NCBI GenBank assembly: GCA_052279835.1
Contig: CP181291.1
Span: forward strand, 512,001 to 576,000
Source of the DNA: Microcoleus sp.
GTDB taxonomy: Bacteria; Cyanobacteriota; Cyanobacteriia; Cyanobacteriales; Microcoleaceae
Length of the DNA stretch: 64,000 nt
Reading direction: 5' to 3'
The number at the start of each line of letters is the position of its first letter. Position 1 is the stretch's first letter. This document shows, one piece after another, positions 61,174 through 64,000 of this stretch. The position numbers were made by a program, and so were the translations under genes. Under the pieces are notes generated by a model that saw only the letters and a program-made list of their open reading frames with translations, was not told where the DNA came from and ran no database searches.

Positions 61174-64000
61174 ATGAGTATTGAAGAATATATCGGGCAA
61201 GCCCAGGTTTATTTGAACCGGGGAAAGTTAAGTCAGGCGATGGATTGTTGCAAAAAGGCGATCGAACTTCAGCCGTTTTCACCCTCAGCTTACACGACTT
61301 TGGGCGAAATCCTAGAAGCTCAGGGAGATCCGACGGCGGCGAGAGATGCTTTTGTGCAAGCTTTGGAAATTTCGCCAGGATTTTTTCTGGCTCATGCTTA
61401 TTTGGGTCAATTATATAGCGAGTATTGGTGGCTGGATGAGGCGGCTTTTCACTATCGGCAAGCTCTGGATTTGAAACCAGACTGGCCGGAACTATATTAT
61501 AACTTGGGTAATGTGGTTCATAAACAGGGGAATTTGTTGGGGGCGATCGACTGTTATCAACAGGCGATCGCTCTCAAACCCAATTATGTACTTGCTTTCT
61601 ACAATCTGGCTGTGGTTTTAGCTGAAAATAATCAGCTAGAAGCAGCCATAGATAGCTACCAACAGGTAATTGCTCTTCAGCCTGATTATATCGATGCTTA
61701 CAACAATTTAGGCTGCACTTTGGTAAAGCACGATCGCATTCCCGAAGCGAGGGAAATTTACGAGGCTGGGCTGGCGATTCAGCCAGATTCGGCGAGTCTT
61801 TATAATAATTTGGGTCAAGTATTGCTTGACAAAAATCCCGATGGGGCGATCGCAGCTTATCAAAGAGCGATCGAGTTAGAGTCGGATCTGGTTTTGGCTC
61901 ATTACAATCTGGGGAAGGCGTGGCAAATACAAGGGGAACATTCGGCGGCTGTTGCTTGTTTCGATCGCGTAGTCGAGCTCAATCCGGACTATATTTCGGG
62001 CTATACTGATGCCGGATTTTCTCTGATGGCTTTGGGCAAAATTACGCAAGCTTTGGGGTATTTTGCCCAAGCAATTGCCGTCAAACCGGATTTTGTTGAG
62101 GCTTATTGTGATTTGGCACAGAGGGAGCAATTTGCTAGAGATGATGATGATGAATACTCAAAGGCGATCGTAGCTTGTGGTAGATTTTTGCAAGCATTGA
62201 TGGGAAGGAAGTCAGAAGTCAACCCCTCCCTACCCCCAAGGGGGGAAGGAAGAACCCCCCCCTACCCCCCCCAAGGGGGGAAAGAAGAGCCCTCCCCTGC
62301 ATCCCCCAAGGAAGGAAGGAAGTCAGAAGTCAACTTTCCCATGGGTGAAATTTGCGATAATTTAGCAGAAATTTACATACATTTAGGGAACTCTTTAACA
62401 GAGTATGGCGGTCACGAATCGGCGACAACTTACTATCAAAAAGCTTTACAAATTCAGCCTCAAAATACAGAGCTTTACTGGCTGCTGGCCAATTCTTTGG
62501 TAAAGCAAAAGCGGTTAAATGCTGCTATTTTTCTATACCACAGGGCTTTGGCTATTCAGCCTGCTCTACCGCAAGTTTATTTTGAGTTGGCAAAAGTTCT
62601 GCAAAAACAGGGCTATTGGGAACGGGCGATCGATTATTATCAAAAAGTTTTGGAGTTGCAATCCTACGGCTATTCACAGCCACAATTATCGCCACAAGGT
62701 GATTCTATTGCCGTAGATTCAAGGGCGATGGAACTTCCTCAAGGTATTTATTTATCTACTTGGGATTGGCTGGTTAATGCTAGGCTGGATGCGGGTAATT
62801 ATGTGGAGATAGTTTGGAAATATGCAGCCGCAACCAGGGAAGCAAATACTGCCAATTCCCAATTGCCAATTGCCAATGCTTCGGCTACGCTCAGCACAAG
62901 TTCCCAATTAGCTAATTCCGATTGTGGTGGTTTAAGTTGCGGGTTGTGTTTGCATCGAATTTCTAAGTGGTTCGATCCGATACATTTGGGTTGGGGAGTT
63001 TGCCGTTTGTCCAACTCGCAACCGCTACCTGTGGAGTCGCCCAAGACTTTTGTTGCTGCAATTCCTAATGGGCGAAGTTGGATTGTGCCCCAGGAAAATT
63101 ATTGGTTGATTTGTAATGCGATCGCAGTTATTACTCCTGATAACTATTTGTTGGCTGATGTGTCGAGAGATTATCCGGGATTTTTACCGGGATGCGACAA
63201 GCATGATATCAGAAAACATAGCGTTTTTAACTTAGAATCATTTCCACCTTTAAAACAGATTGAAGGTAGGGTGGCGGTGCTTTCTGGTTTATCGGGAAAT
63301 GTCTATTTTCACTGGATGGTTGATGTTTTGCCGAGAATAGAGTTGCTGCGGCGAAGTGGTAGGGATTTGGCGGAGATTGATTGGTTTTTGGTGAATAGTT
63401 GCCAGCATCAATTTCAACGGGATAGTCTCAGAATTCTGGGGATTCCAGAGGAAAAAGTCTTGGAGAGCGATCGCCAGCCTCACATTCAAGCCACAGAGTT
63501 AATTGTACCATCTTTTGCTGGATATTTGGGCTGGCCTTCTGGCTGGGCGATAGATTTTTTGAGAGGGGAGTTTCTGAAGGGAATTATACCTAGTTCTAAC
63601 TACCCAAAACGGCTTTATATCAGTCGTAGTAAAGCTAGATATCGGCGAGTCTTGAATGAGGTAGATGTGGTTGAGGTTTTGGCAGAATTTGGGTTTGTTT
63701 CTATTTTACCTGAATCTATGTCTCTGGAGGAGCAAATTGCCTATTTTTATCATGCTGAAGTAATAGTTGCAGCCCACGGTAGCGGGTTGACAAATACGCT
63801 TTTTTGTCAGGGTGGAACTAAAGTAATTGAGTTGATGTCGCCTCATTATATCAGCCATTATTACTGGGGAACCAGTCAATATTTGCAGTTGGAACATTAC
63901 TTTTTAACTGGGGAGGCTTTTGAGTGTTATCCTATTAGACAGTTGATGTATCAAAATTCCCTGACAGAGGATATCTTGGTGAACTTGAGTTCGCTCAAGA
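61174..64000 (+). CDS. TPR-repeat protein with C-terminal DUF563/GT61 glycosyltransferase domain (3'-partial; absent from the ORF track)
   Basis: ATG at 61174 (MSIEEYIGQAQ...); many YYNLG TPR units; GNVYFHWMVDVLPR, RLYISR..ARYRRVLNE and AHGSGLTN motifs; frame appears open to the window end. Confidence 0.9.
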   Translation, partial: MSIEEYIGQAQVYLNRGKLSQAMDCCKKAIELQPFSPSAYTTLGEILEAQGDPTAARDAFVQALEISPGFFLAHAYLGQLYSEYWWLDEAAFHYRQALDLKPDWPELYYNLGNVVHKQGNLLGAIDCYQQAIALKPNYVLAFYNLAVVLAENNQLEAAIDSYQQVIALQPDYIDAYNNLGCTLVKHDRIPEAREIYEAGLAIQPDSASLYNNLGQVLLDKNPDGAIAAYQRAIELESDLVLAHYNLGKAWQIQGEHSAAVACFDRVVELNPDYISGYTDAGFSLMALGKITQALGYFAQAIAVKPDFVEAYCDLAQREQFARDDDDEYSKAIVACGRFLQALMGRKSEVNPSLPPRGEGRTPPYPPQGGKEEPSPASPKEGRKSEVNFPMGEICDNLAEIYIHLGNSLTEYGGHESATTYYQKALQIQPQNTELYWLLANSLVKQKRLNAAIFLYHRALAIQPALPQVYFELAKVLQKQGYWERAIDYYQKVLELQSYGYSQPQLSPQGDSIAVDSRAMELPQGIYLSTWDWLVNARLDAGNYVEIVWKYAAATREANTANSQLPIANASATLSTSSQLANSDCGGLSCGLCLHRISKWFDPIHLGWGVCRLSNSQPLPVESPKTFVAAIPNGRSWIVPQENYWLICNAIAVITPDNYLLADVSRDYPGFLPGCDKHDIRKHSVFNLESFPPLKQIEGRVAVLSGLSGNVYFHWMVDVLPRIELLRRSGRDLAEIDWFLVNSCQHQFQRDSLRILGIPEEKVLESDRQPHIQATELIVPSFAGYLGWPSGWAIDFLRGEFLKGIIPSSNYPKRLYISRSKARYRRVLNEVDVVEVLAEFGFVSILPESMSLEEQIAYFYHAEVIVAAHGSGLTNTLFCQGGTKVIELMSPHYISHYYWGTSQYLQLEHYFLTGEAFECYPIRQLMYQNSLTEDILVNLSSLK

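Noticed and set aside
61876..63897. Short ORFs listed in 61.8-63.9 kb
   Set aside because: All lie within the long plus-strand TPR-GT61 frame that runs off the window
1..64000. High density of GCGATCGC
   Set aside because: This is the well-known cyanobacterial HIP1 motif; used only as a taxonomic and breakpoint clue

Overview
Chromosomal window from a filamentous cyanobacterium, probably Oscillatoriales (Microcoleus/Tychonema-like). The assignment rests on dense HIP1 (GCGATCGC) sites, heptamer tandem repeats, many MITE/REP-like palindromes, cyanoexosortase B and ftrC. Housekeeping genes (uvrB, rpe, speB, ftrC, dxr, LCP, aldo/keto reductase, DegT aminotransferase) are interleaved with accessory material. 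The main accessory locus is a complete three-gene pPIWI-RE operon (REase, DinG-like helicase, PIWI-RE; 29290-37060, minus strand, visibly AT-rich). Its left edge lies just past a HIP1 site where a Fic-like gene is truncated. Divergent from the operon are two non-canonical tRNA-like genes (both C33; one with an 8-bp acceptor stem and AUC anticodon), followed by a Zn-finger SDR and an RNase-inhibitor-like LRR gene. The tRNA-like promoter shares a TGTAGTAT motif overlapping the -10 box with the promoter of a miniature EF-Ts paralog 12 kb away, suggesting a translation-stress regulon. Other items are an orphan RNase-toxin/immunity-like pair next to a solitary degenerate CRISPR repeat, a frameshifted UrtA/AmiC-histidine kinase fusion and a frameshifted VIT-vWA gene. 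The window also holds duplicated Tat-exported MBL hydrolases, a giant Calx-beta/RTX adhesin, a two-component system with paired ATTAC-N6-GTAAT boxes, a tnpB 3' remnant, and repeats inserted in-frame into proteins. All calls come from motif recognition by eye; no database searches were run.
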